Below are positions 27,461 through 37,046 of a DNA stretch of 64,000 nucleotides, in pieces. A program made the position numbers and the translations under genes. The stretch is taken from the NCBI GenBank assembly GCA_016188705.1, contig JACPHH010000009.1, forward strand, positions 98,091-162,090, in the 5' to 3' direction. Origin of the DNA: Candidatus Peregrinibacteria bacterium (GTDB taxonomy: Bacteria > Patescibacteriota > Gracilibacteria > UBA1369 > JACRIC01). The notes below the pieces were generated by a model. The model made no database searches. It was not told the origin of the DNA and worked only from the letters and a program-made list of their open reading frames with translations. Position 1 is the stretch's first letter, and each line of letters begins with the position of its first letter.

Positions 27461-29008
27461 ATGCTTTCGCTCATAAAAACCGCCATTTTTGACCGTCGGT
27501 CGATTTTGAAAAATATTATGGAAAAACACGGGGCGAAGACTCTTTATGAATATTCCCGTGATTTTATGGACGTGAACCCGAGTCCTCGGCTTGACGCGAG
27601 AAAACATGAACTTATTGCCGTGGTGGAGGAGTTGACACGGAATCGATTAGGAGAAAAAACGGCTCGCGAGGTTGCTTCGCAGCTTACAAAACTTTCTCTT
27701 ATTTCAACCGCTGACCATCATGGATTTATCGACCATCCTTTTTGGGTTAATTCCAATATTATTTCAGCTTTGCCGATGGTCGCGTCGAATAATCCTGATT
27801 TACGCCATCTTGTTGTGTTTTCTTTCGCGAGTGTTTCTTTGAATAATGCTTCGGCCTATCCGCGAGGCGTGGAATTCCATGGAGGTTGGGGGAATTTTGT
27901 TCGTCTGCCGCTTTTGCCGGATAAATTGAAAATGGGAGTGGTCTACGCGACACGCGGTTTCGACGTGAAAGATATTGAACGCGCAAAAAGTGAAATTCGC
28001 CGTCTGATAAAGGAAGGTAAAATTATGATGAATCGTTCTGAAGAAATTGTACAAATTTTGCAGAAATTTTTTGAAACTTCGGAAGTTTTAAATTCTCCTG
28101 ACCTTAATTCTCAAATAACCCGCGTGAATTTTTCGCTCTGGCCGAAATTTTTTCACCCGGAAATTTCAAAAGACACTTTTTCTCTTTCTCATACTTTTCC
28201 TCAACGTTTTCCTGATCTTGTTTATCTTGAAATTGAAACGATTGTTCGTGAAGTTTTAGTTCGTTATCACCTTTTTCAACCTGATTCGCTCCTCTATCGT
28301 TTGCTTTTCCATCCTGATTACCGCACGCTCGCTTTGAAACTTTTTGATTCCATTCCCGGAGCGTTTTCTTTTCGCAGAGAATGGGGAAGTTATATGTTTT
28401 GGGGTTTGGACGCGAAAAATCATCGCGTGAGACTTCGGCCAATCAATGGAACGCTGCAATCTTATAATGAGCAAATAGTTATTCCTTTTACTCCAGAAGG
28501 AATTGCTCGGTCGCTTAGGGATAAGAAAATTTTTCCAGGAATGCTTTTGTGTTATCTTGTTGTTTCTCTCTATTATGGCATGAAATGTTTGGGCGGATTT
28601 TGTCAGGTTCACGATCTTACCATGACAAAACGCGCATGGATTGAATTTTTGAAACGAACGGGAGAAAATGATGAAGCGAAAGCAGTTGATCCCGTTCAAA
28701 CGAAAGAACTTGGAGGAGATGGCATGGTTCTTGCTTATATTCAAACTTCCAAGGGTGGTCTGACCCCTGCTACTGGATTTGATATGATCATGAAACGCGG
28801 CGATACAAGTTTTGAACGCTACGCCGAGGTTGCAAAACATATCACTCTGCAAGAAGCCATGCTTCCTCTTTTTCCTGAAATGTATACCGTTCTTTACCCT
28901 ATTCATGACCGTGTTCCAGCTCTTGCGGGTCTTTCTCCCGAGCAAATTCTTGCAACCACGGAATTACAGGATCATTTAAAATATTGTCTTTACGAAGCCG
29001 TTGTATAA
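27461..29008 (+). CDS. Hypothetical protein (about 515 aa, no recognisable domain)
   Basis: Long ORF with coding-like composition. ATG 27461 (MLSLIKTAIF) inside track ORF 27326..29008. Distinctive blocks include ISTADHHGFIDHPFW and GMKCLGGFCQVHDLTMTK. Confidence 0.6.
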   Translation: MLSLIKTAIFDRRSILKNIMEKHGAKTLYEYSRDFMDVNPSPRLDARKHELIAVVEELTRNRLGEKTAREVASQLTKLSLISTADHHGFIDHPFWVNSNIISALPMVASNNPDLRHLVVFSFASVSLNNASAYPRGVEFHGGWGNFVRLPLLPDKLKMGVVYATRGFDVKDIERAKSEIRRLIKEGKIMMNRSEEIVQILQKFFETSEVLNSPDLNSQITRVNFSLWPKFFHPEISKDTFSLSHTFPQRFPDLVYLEIETIVREVLVRYHLFQPDSLLYRLLFHPDYRTLALKLFDSIPGAFSFRREWGSYMFWGLDAKNHRVRLRPINGTLQSYNEQIVIPFTPEGIARSLRDKKIFPGMLLCYLVVSLYYGMKCLGGFCQVHDLTMTKRAWIEFLKRTGENDEAKAVDPVQTKELGGDGMVLAYIQTSKGGLTPATGFDMIMKRGDTSFERYAEVAKHITLQEAMLPLFPEMYTVLYPIHDRVPALAGLSPEQILATTELQDHLKYCLYEAVV

Positions 29009-29035
29009 AAAAAAATATTTTGTGGAGATTTTTTT

Positions 29036-29815
29036 TTAATTTTTGAAACCAATAATGAGATTATCTCGCGTGCCATCCGGCTCTAGTATATGCACTTTTT
29101 TAAAACCAACTTTTCGCATCAGTGTGGCTAATTCATCCTTCGTAAACAGGTAACTTTTTCTTAATACAGATCCTTTAACGTTTTTTCCTTCAATATTCGT
29201 TGTCCATTGGTGATTTCTGTTGTGCCAATCCATAACACTGCGCCATTCTATGTGATACTTTTTTTTGTTTTTAGTGAGATCAAAAATGGTTGTGAGCTTC
29301 GTGGTTCCTAGATGGTAATGCTTTGCAAGTCCTATAATAGCAAATCCGTCATCTTGTAATACATCATAAAAATTTTTAAGAACAAGAGATATTCTTTTGA
29401 AGACTTTTTTAGTGCCTGACACAAAAGTTCCTTCAGACCAACCATCCATGTAAATAAGTGAGTTTCCTGCATTTACTAAAACATCAAATTTATTTTGTAT
29501 TTTTTTGTTAAGTTTTTGCCATTCTATTGTATATACTGGAACTGGCATATTGAGATTTTTGAAATGTGTTTGCAAGAATTTAACGGATTTTTTGTCAGCA
29601 TCGCTCGCTGTTATTTTTGTAAATCCATTATTATAGAGATCTGTCACAGGAAATCCGCTTCCGCATGCTGAATCTAAAATAGTGAGTTTTTTGTCTCGTA
29701 TGAGAAACGAAAGTGCATCGATATATTTTTTACGATATTTTTTGCTGTTCAATGCTTCAGCAGAAATGTGCCATATTTCTGTTGGATTTAGGATTTTTTG
29801 AGTATTTACAATCAT
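29036..29815 (-). CDS. Class I SAM-dependent methyltransferase
   Basis: Motif I ILDSACGSGF, ASDADKKSV (motif II region), FDVLVNAGNSLIYM (motif IV region). About 260 aa, so a small-molecule or protein MTase size rather than a DNA MTase. Confidence 0.75.
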   Translation of the reverse strand: MIVNTQKILNPTEIWHISAEALNSKKYRKKYIDALSFLIRDKKLTILDSACGSGFPVTDLYNNGFTKITASDADKKSVKFLQTHFKNLNMPVPVYTIEWQKLNKKIQNKFDVLVNAGNSLIYMDGWSEGTFVSGTKKVFKRISLVLKNFYDVLQDDGFAIIGLAKHYHLGTTKLTTIFDLTKNKKKYHIEWRSVMDWHNRNHQWTTNIEGKNVKGSVLRKSYLFTKDELATLMRKVGFKKVHILEPDGTRDNLIIGFKN

Positions 29816-30010
29816 AGAATGGAATAAAATTTCAGAAAAAGTATACTCAACGATAATTTTTAAAACAAGTCGATGCTGCTTTGTTTTTCATTTACGTTAT
29901 TTTTTTTGTGTGGTATTTTTGGCTTAATCTCATGCTGGTTGTTATGGAATTTTATTTTGCGCGAATCCATGAATTTTTGTTATTGAAATAGCATAATTTT
30001 GAGATTTTTT

Positions 30011-31438
30011 ATGTATTTTAAAATGCATTTTAGAAAATATATTTTTTTTCACATTTTTTTCGTATTTTTTTTGTTTTTTTGTGCGGTTTTTTTTCTTGTT
30101 TTTATTTTTATTCCATTTGCTTCGGCTGAATCAGTTCCAGAAACATTTATTCCAAATGAAATTGGACGGATTCCTGTTATGGAATATCATGATGTCGCTG
30201 TTAAAGAAAATCCATTTGTTCGCAGTTACGATAATTTTCGGCGCGATCTTGAATTTTTTTACAATAATGATTACACGCTTATCACAGTTCAAGATTTTAT
30301 TGATCAGAATTTTGACGTTCCGGCTGGTAAAAAACCTCTTATTTTTACTTTTGATGATTCAAGGCAGAGCCAATTTAACGTGAAGGATGACGGAACGATT
30401 GATCAGGAAAGTGTTATTGGCATTATGGACAGTTTTTTTCAGTCGCATCCGGATTTTGGACGAAGCGCGATTTTTTATATGCTGCAATATCCGTTTGGTC
30501 AGTCGCAATATTTTACTCAAAAACTTCAATATCTTCTCAAAACCGGTCGTGAAATGGGCAATCATACCCTCGATCATGACAGTCTCGGAAAAATGACGCC
30601 TGAACAAATACAGCAAAATTTGGCAGGGCTTCAAGGTAAAATTCAAGGACTTGCGGATATGTCTTTTCCCATGAACAGCCTTGCTTATCCGTATGGAGCT
30701 GTTCCGAAAGGCGATAATTTTATTTTTGTGAAAAAAGGTGAGAGCGGCGGTATACAATATTCGATTACGACAGGGTTTCTTGTAGGCGCTGATCCCACTT
30801 ATCCGCCGTATGGGGTAAAATTTGATGCTTTTTTAATACCGCGTATTCAGGCCGATGATACGGAATTTCAGCGATGGTTCGCTCGCGTCCCAGGTTCGAC
30901 AAATCGGGTTGAAGAGCAATTTCGGCCTTTTATCAGCGATGGAAATAAAGAAACGATCAGTGTTCTTGAAAATGACCTTCCAAAACTTGATCAAAAACGT
31001 CTTCGTTCAGGGCTTACTATTGTAAAAAGCGTTTCGTTGGAGAGCGTGAGTAGTCGATCGATTATCGCGGGATGGGAGAAAAACGCAGTGATGAGTCGAA
31101 TTGACGCTTTTTTAAAAGGAGGTGATTCGGACAGCGATAATACGATTTCCAAAGAACCAGCCAATTCCAATGCTCCAGCCAATTCCGAGGAGCCAGCTGT
31201 AGACACGACGAAGTCTGGCGGTTCAGATGCTGAGAATTTAAGTCAGAGTAATTCCGGTACGTCCGATGGGCAAAAATTGGACGCTGGCAATGAGTTGGAT
31301 GGTAGTGATAATGTACTCATTTTTGGTTGGACTCAGACCGTTTTGGACGCGAGTTGGGAGGTAAAAAAAATGTTTTCTTTTTTTCAGCCGCTCGAAGACG
31401 CGTTTTCCCAATTTTTTATTGAACATTCCCGGCGTTGA
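30011..31438 (+). CDS. Polysaccharide deacetylase (NodB homology) with N-terminal TM and Ser/Asn/Asp-rich C-terminal tail
   Basis: IPVMEYHDV, FTFDDSRQSQF, GNHTLDHDSL, YPYG. N-terminal hydrophobic stretch FFHIFFVFFLFFCAVFFLVFIFIPF. Confidence 0.85.
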   Translation: MYFKMHFRKYIFFHIFFVFFLFFCAVFFLVFIFIPFASAESVPETFIPNEIGRIPVMEYHDVAVKENPFVRSYDNFRRDLEFFYNNDYTLITVQDFIDQNFDVPAGKKPLIFTFDDSRQSQFNVKDDGTIDQESVIGIMDSFFQSHPDFGRSAIFYMLQYPFGQSQYFTQKLQYLLKTGREMGNHTLDHDSLGKMTPEQIQQNLAGLQGKIQGLADMSFPMNSLAYPYGAVPKGDNFIFVKKGESGGIQYSITTGFLVGADPTYPPYGVKFDAFLIPRIQADDTEFQRWFARVPGSTNRVEEQFRPFISDGNKETISVLENDLPKLDQKRLRSGLTIVKSVSLESVSSRSIIAGWEKNAVMSRIDAFLKGGDSDSDNTISKEPANSNAPANSEEPAVDTTKSGGSDAENLSQSNSGTSDGQKLDAGNELDGSDNVLIFGWTQTVLDASWEVKKMFSFFQPLEDAFSQFFIEHSRR

Positions 31439-32441
31439 AAAAATTATTTTTCCGTCCGTGCCTTCCGTGCCAAATAAACGCGGTATTTATTGGACAGGTT
31501 ATACGGCGGGAAGCAGTCGAGCGCTTGATCTTTTAGGTGATCTCGTGAAAGCACATGGGAATATGGTGGTTTTTGATTTGAAGGAAACCGCCGGTGAGAT
31601 TTTTTACGATACGAAAGTGCCACTCGCTCGAGAGATTGGCGCGATTTCACTTCGTTTGCCGGACGTGAAAAAGCTTGTTCGGGTTCTTCATCGAAAAGGA
31701 GTGTACGCCGTGGCTCGGCTGACGATGTTTAAGGACGTTATTTTGGCTCAATCAAGGCCTGAATTTGCCATTAAAAGTAAATCCACGGGCAAGCCTTTTA
31801 CTTCAGGAGAGGTGAGAGAATGGGTGGATCCTTCGAATCCCGATGTGCAAGCCTATAATATTGATATCGCGAAGGAAGTGGCACGTATGGGCGTTGATGA
31901 AATTCAGTTTGATTATATCCGTTTTCCGACTTTGGGCAGCGCTCCAGACGTTGATTATTATTACTATCGCGATAATCCCGATGCGCCGAAGTATGAAATT
32001 ATCGCGGATTTTTTGAAAAAAGCGCATGAGGCGCTTGAGCCTTATGGCGTGAAGCTTGGGATTGACGTGTATGGCATTATCGCGTGGAGTGACGGCGATG
32101 ATGCCAAAGCTACCGGGCAAAAAGTTGATTTGATGGCTGAATACGTGGATACGATTTATCCGATGATTTATCCGTCGCACTTCGGGCCGGGTTTCGGTGG
32201 TCATAAAAATCCCGCGGACGAGCCGTATTTTTTTATTCAAGAGAGTACGAAAAAATTTAACGCTTTGGTGAAAGATAAGGCGAAAATTGTTCCTTGGCTT
32301 CAAGGGTTTCCGTATCGAACGAGTAATTTTGGGGTTTCTTACGTTCAGTCGCAAATTAAAGCTTTGCGTGATTTGGACATGCATTCTTTCGTTATTTGGA
32401 GCGCCGCTAACAAGTATGATGTCAGCCTGCCTGCGTTTTAA
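31419..32441 (+). CDS. Putative glycoside hydrolase, DUF4015-like TIM barrel
   Basis: GIYWTGYTAGS, VVFDLKE, GVYAVARLTMFKD, WVDPSNPDVQAYNIDIAKEVARMGVDEIQFDYIRFP. No in-frame ATG near the 5-prime end; TTG at 31419 overlaps the upstream gene by 20 nt. Confidence 0.75.
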   Translation: MNIPGVEKIIFPSVPSVPNKRGIYWTGYTAGSSRALDLLGDLVKAHGNMVVFDLKETAGEIFYDTKVPLAREIGAISLRLPDVKKLVRVLHRKGVYAVARLTMFKDVILAQSRPEFAIKSKSTGKPFTSGEVREWVDPSNPDVQAYNIDIAKEVARMGVDEIQFDYIRFPTLGSAPDVDYYYYRDNPDAPKYEIIADFLKKAHEALEPYGVKLGIDVYGIIAWSDGDDAKATGQKVDLMAEYVDTIYPMIYPSHFGPGFGGHKNPADEPYFFIQESTKKFNALVKDKAKIVPWLQGFPYRTSNFGVSYVQSQIKALRDLDMHSFVIWSAANKYDVSLPAF

Positions 32442-32549
32442 ATGTTAAGTAGCGTGTGAAAATTATACATGAGGCGGAATTTTTGTTTTTGTTGTATATA
32501 TCTGTTAAAATCGACATACTATATTTTTCAGAATGTGATTTTGTAATTT

Positions 32550-34523
32550 ATGCTCGATCAAAAATTTAAACTCGTGTCGGAATTTCAGCCGAAAGGGGAT
32601 CAGCCGATGGCTATTAAAAAGCTCGTAGATGGTTTACGGAAGGGGGTAAAACATCAGACGCTTCTTGGCGCTACTGGCACGGGAAAAACTTTCGTTATGT
32701 CCAATGTCATTGCTCAGATGAATAAACCGACCTTGGTTCTTGCTCATAATAAAACACTCGCGGCCCAGCTTTGCAGCGAATTTCGTGATTTTTTTCCGGA
32801 TAACGCGGTGAATTATTTTGTTTCTTATTATGACTATTATCAGCCTGAAGCTTATATTCCGCATACTGACACTTATATTGAAAAGGATGCTTCGATCAAT
32901 GAAGAAATTAATAAATTTCGACACGCGGCCACCACGAATCTGCTTACGCGCAGTGATGTTATTATTGTGGCTTCGGTTTCATGTATTTACGGTCTCGGTT
33001 CCGAAGAATATGAAAATTTGGCAATGGAAATTAAAGTGGGAGAAGAACGCAAACGCGATAAACTTCTTCGCCAACTTACAGACATTCAGTATACTCGCAG
33101 CCAAATGGAGTTTAAGCAGGGTATGTTTCATGTTTTGGGTGATACGGTTGAGATTTTTCCGCCGTCGCAGGATACCATTTATCGTTTGGAATTTTTTGGC
33201 GATGAAATTGAACGCATTACCGAGGCGGATGCTTTTACCGGCGAGGTTATCCATGAATTTGACCATATTATGATATTTCCTGCCAAACATGACGTTACGA
33301 CAAAAGAACGCATTGAAAAAGCCGTTCAGCAGATTCGAAATGATCTTGAAATTCGTTATAACCAGCTTCAGGGCATGGGGAAAATGTTGGAGGCGGAACG
33401 ACTTAAAACGCGAACGGAATATGACCTCGAATTGATGCAGGAAATGGGATACTGCACCGGTATTGAAAATTATACACGTTATCTCAATATGCGTGAGCCT
33501 GGTCAGCAGTCCGCGACTCTTCTTGATTATTTTCCGGATGATTTTTTGCTTATCGTTGATGAATCGCATATTTCCATTCCTCAAATTGGAGGCATGTATA
33601 ACGGGAATCTTTCGCGAAAACAGACTCTTATTGATTATGGTTTTCGTTTACCTTCGGCTCTTGATAATCGACCATTGAAATTTGAAGAATTTGAACGGCA
33701 TATTCATGAGGCGATTTATGTTTCAGCGACTCCGGGTCCTTATGAATTGAATATAAGCAAAAGTCATACGGTTGAACAGATTATTCGGCCTACGGGTCTT
33801 CTTGATCCCGTGGTTGAGGTGAAGCCTACAAAAGGGCAAATAGTTGATATTTTAGAGCACATTCAAAAACGGACTTCGGAAAATGAACGGACGCTCATTA
33901 CCACTTTAACCAAACGTTCCGCTGAGGATTTGACGGATTTTCTTCTTGAAAGAGGCATTAAGGTGCGTTATTTGCATTCCGACATCGATACGCTTGAACG
34001 CATTGATATTTTGCGTGATTTTCGGCTTGGAAAATTTGACGTGCTCGTTGGTATTAATTTGCTTCGTGAAGGGCTTGATCTTCCTGAAGTTTCTTATATA
34101 GCGATTCTTGACGCGGATAAGCAGGGGTTTTTGCGGTCGACTTCGGCGTTGATTCAAACCATCGGGCGATGCGCGCGCAATGTGCATGGATATGTCGTCA
34201 TGTACGCGGATAAGGTGACTGCGGGGATGCAAGGGGCGATTGATGAAACGACTCGCCGTCGGACCATTCAAATGGCTTATAATGAAAAACATGGAATTAC
34301 GCCGCAAACCATCGTGAAGGCGGTGAAGGATATTTCGATGCAGAAGCATAAACCGGAAGTGAAGCATTTCGATCCTAAAAAAGTGCCTAAGGATGAGATT
34401 AAGCGGTTGGTTAAGAGTTTGGAAGATCAGATGGATTTAGCTTCGCAGAATTTGGAATTTGAAAAAGCTGCTGATTTTCGCGATGAAATTGAGATGTTGA
34501 AACGCGAGTTTAATTTGGCGTGA
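32550..34523 (+). CDS. uvrB: Excinuclease ABC subunit B
   Basis: [54 protein letters not shown], and C-terminal UVR motif [11 protein letters not shown]. Confidence 0.96.
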   Translation: MLDQKFKLVSEFQPKGDQPMAIKKLVDGLRKGVKHQTLLGATGTGKTFVMSNVIAQMNKPTLVLAHNKTLAAQLCSEFRDFFPDNAVNYFVSYYDYYQPEAYIPHTDTYIEKDASINEEINKFRHAATTNLLTRSDVIIVASVSCIYGLGSEEYENLAMEIKVGEERKRDKLLRQLTDIQYTRSQMEFKQGMFHVLGDTVEIFPPSQDTIYRLEFFGDEIERITEADAFTGEVIHEFDHIMIFPAKHDVTTKERIEKAVQQIRNDLEIRYNQLQGMGKMLEAERLKTRTEYDLELMQEMGYCTGIENYTRYLNMREPGQQSATLLDYFPDDFLLIVDESHISIPQIGGMYNGNLSRKQTLIDYGFRLPSALDNRPLKFEEFERHIHEAIYVSATPGPYELNISKSHTVEQIIRPTGLLDPVVEVKPTKGQIVDILEHIQKRTSENERTLITTLTKRSAEDLTDFLLERGIKVRYLHSDIDTLERIDILRDFRLGKFDVLVGINLLREGLDLPEVSYIAILDADKQGFLRSTSALIQTIGRCARNVHGYVVMYADKVTAGMQGAIDETTRRRTIQMAYNEKHGITPQTIVKAVKDISMQKHKPEVKHFDPKKVPKDEIKRLVKSLEDQMDLASQNLEFEKAADFRDEIEMLKREFNLA

Positions 34524-34975
34524 AATATATTTTTGATGTATTATTTGAGCAGTGTTGTGTCTTTTTTAAAGATTTTTATGGCTCATTTGTATTAATGGTC
34601 TGGAAAAATGGCACTATACGTTTTTTTTAAAAAATATGCTGGCAAGCTGAAGTTTGGAGTACTAGAGACCGGTTTTTAACAGTATCACCGGTGATATTGT
34701 TAAAAATTGTACCTGCCCATCATTTTTTTGAAGCAATGGGCAAATACCACGAAATTCATTGCTTCAAAACAGCGGTGGGCAACTTCCAAAAATCGACTTG
34801 ACGGACATTTTTGCATGAAAAGCGAAATAAATTTTCGGCTGAAAATAAGGGAAAAACGAGTATGATAATTTTTTGATATAAAATGTGTTAAAATAGCATT
34901 TATAAGCCATTTTCGTCTTGTTTAACATGGGAATTTTTGAGAACATTGAATCATACAATATTTTATAAAAATACC

Positions 34976-36031
34976 ATGATTCACGCGCAAAAATTACATA
35001 ATGAATTTGTGAGACTTGGCGGATTGAGGCTTAATTTGAAAAATAAAATGCTCGCGATGCTCCCTAAAATCCATGAAAGCGGAATTTGGAAGAAATATGC
35101 CGATTCCATTGAGGAATATGCCGGAAAATATGGAGATATCGCAAAAACAACAGTTATCAAAAGGCTCAGACTTGAAGAAAATTTGAAAGATAAGCCATGT
35201 TTGAAAGCAGCGATTGAAAAAGCGGGCGTACATAAAGTCGCGATGCTGGCAAAAATTGCCACGCCTGAAACGGATTCAAGAATGGCAGAAAATATTGTAA
35301 GCATGAGCAAAATGGCGGTACAAAGTTTGTCGAAAGAGTTCAGGTCTGGACAAGTTGAAAAAAATGGCAATCAGCAGTTTCATTTTTCCAATTTTGGATT
35401 CGCGGATCAAGGTCAGTCACAACCTTGCCGAGCCGTTTTTATGACGAAAAAGATAGAACTTGATGAAAATGCAACTTTTCTTTTCTTGAAATTAAAATCA
35501 AAACTTGGCAAAAATTTGAGCGACAAAGAATTTTTAAAACTCATTTTGGAAGAACGAAGTGTCACCGGTGATACTTTGAACCGACAGATCAAACAGTCTG
35601 ATGAAAAAGATTGTTTCCTCGCGGCAGACAATGTAAGAGTGGCAGACAATGTAAGAGCAGCAGACAATGTAAAGGCGGCAAATAATGTAAAAGCGGCAGG
35701 CACGATAAAAGCAAAAGAAATTGCTTCTCGCTACATTCCCGTCAGCAAAAAACGCGAAGTCGTTGCTCAAACAAATGGAAAATGTATCTACCCGAATTGC
35801 CATTCGCCATATGAAGTTTTGCACCATGTTTACCGCTACAGTGAAAGCAAAACCAACGACTCCATCATCCCGTTTTGCAAGATTCACCATGAATTCGCGC
35901 ACCATAACTTAATACGTAATGAAACGCTCAAAACAGACGCGTGGCGAATATCTCTTCGGAAAGACCCCGTGGCAGAAATTTCACAGGCGGATTTTTTATA
36001 CCGAAAATATAAACAAAAAATAGTGGTCTAA
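34976..36031 (+). CDS. HNH endonuclease-domain protein (DUF222-like architecture)
   Basis: C-terminal CIYPNC....EVLHHVYRYSES.......FCKIHHEFAHHN (HNH/His-Me finger). Internal 18-bp tandem repeats at 35621-35698 encode AADNVR/VADNVR/AADNVK/AANNVK. Confidence 0.8.
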   Translation: MIHAQKLHNEFVRLGGLRLNLKNKMLAMLPKIHESGIWKKYADSIEEYAGKYGDIAKTTVIKRLRLEENLKDKPCLKAAIEKAGVHKVAMLAKIATPETDSRMAENIVSMSKMAVQSLSKEFRSGQVEKNGNQQFHFSNFGFADQGQSQPCRAVFMTKKIELDENATFLFLKLKSKLGKNLSDKEFLKLILEERSVTGDTLNRQIKQSDEKDCFLAADNVRVADNVRAADNVKAANNVKAAGTIKAKEIASRYIPVSKKREVVAQTNGKCIYPNCHSPYEVLHHVYRYSESKTNDSIIPFCKIHHEFAHHNLIRNETLKTDAWRISLRKDPVAEISQADFLYRKYKQKIVV

Positions 36032-36130
36032 ATTTTCGTCAGATTACGCTGGAGAGATTGCGTAGGTTGGTTAAAAATGAGGCAGAGTTTCGCGAGACTT
36101 AAGCGAAGGGGCGGCGACTCCCGTTTGAAC

Positions 36131-36170
36131 ACATAGCAAAGCGTAGCGGAAATGGAGTCCCCGTCGTCTT
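36131..36170 (+). repeat. 40-nt direct repeat, copy 1 (flanks ORF 36281..36880)
   Basis: acatagcaaagcgtagcggaaatggagtccccgtcgtctt matches 36921-36960 gcatagcgaagcgtagcgaaaatggagtccccgtcctctt at 36/40. Both are followed by an A-rich run and a cggtgg motif. Confidence 0.8.
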
Positions 36171-36280
36171 TTTTCAAAAAAAACGGTGGATAAGTACAAT
36201 TTTTTTATTTGACATAATAATAATTATGTATTATAAATATTTACTTTAACACTTGCAAATAAAACATTTAACGCTTTTTT

Positions 36281-36880
36281 ATGATTGGCGATCCAGAACA
36301 TATAGACAAAATAAATTTCTTGATTCATCCAGGTTTTCTCAGCTCACTCCGTCCAGAAGACTTAGATGATCCGGATGATACTTCAGATATCGAAAAAGGA
36401 ATAGCCCTTCTTCCTATTTATACAGAAAAGGCTCAAGAAATTATGAATAGAACTAAAGAACTATTGATTATATTTTTGCATTCTCATAAAAATGAACTAA
36501 AAAATGCGGTAAAAGAAAGTTGTCCATATATTTTGGAAATACAAAAAATTAGAAAATTACTCGGGAGAAGACTTATTGTTATAGCAAATGACGGCAATGG
36601 CCCAAATGTTGATGTTACAGGGCTTAAAAAAATTATAACTGCTCGTGGCTATGCCTTTGATAAAGATGTGGAAAGTGAATCAGGTGGGGAAACTATAGGC
36701 CTTTGTGTTGAAGATTGGTCCGAAGATTTAAATGAAAAACTCGGTTTAACCCAAAAAACAAGAATTAATACAAGATTCACTAACTGCAGAGCTGGTAATA
36801 ATTTTGAAAAGGCTCAACAATCTTTTTTTCAGGAAGTTCCCGACTTACAGGAAATATACACAAGATTAATATGGTTTTAA
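36281..36880 (+). CDS. Hypothetical protein
   Basis: 199-aa ORF preceded by a good promoter-like ttgaca-17nt-tataaa (about 36215-36243). No recognisable motifs. Bracketed by the 40-nt direct repeats. Confidence 0.55.
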   Translation: MIGDPEHIDKINFLIHPGFLSSLRPEDLDDPDDTSDIEKGIALLPIYTEKAQEIMNRTKELLIIFLHSHKNELKNAVKESCPYILEIQKIRKLLGRRLIVIANDGNGPNVDVTGLKKIITARGYAFDKDVESESGGETIGLCVEDWSEDLNEKLGLTQKTRINTRFTNCRAGNNFEKAQQSFFQEVPDLQEIYTRLIWF

Positions 36881-36920
36881 GGTGAGACGACTTGCAATAT
36901 TTATTTAAATACATTTGAGC

Positions 36921-36960
36921 GCATAGCGAAGCGTAGCGAAAATGGAGTCCCCGTCCTCTT
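36921..36960 (+). repeat. 40-nt direct repeat, copy 2
   Basis: See copy 1. Followed by aaagcggtgggcaaatacgcgtgtggagattgc, which resembles acgctggagagattgc found upstream of copy 1 at about 36046-36061. Confidence 0.8.
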
Positions 36961-37046
36961 CTACCTGAATAAAAAATAAAGCGGTGGGCAAATACGCGTG
37001 TGGAGATTGCCTCAAATGATGATTTCTACTATAGTAATAGTCGCTT

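Noticed and set aside
26907-29008. An IscB/TnpB-like RNA-guided nuclease with an upstream omega-RNA (a structured element followed by a roughly 515-aa ORF).
   Set aside because: The protein shows no RuvC (D..G / E / D) triad, no HNH CxxC/HN motifs and no PLMP-like N-terminus. The element has perfect TIRs typical of a MITE rather than a guide scaffold.
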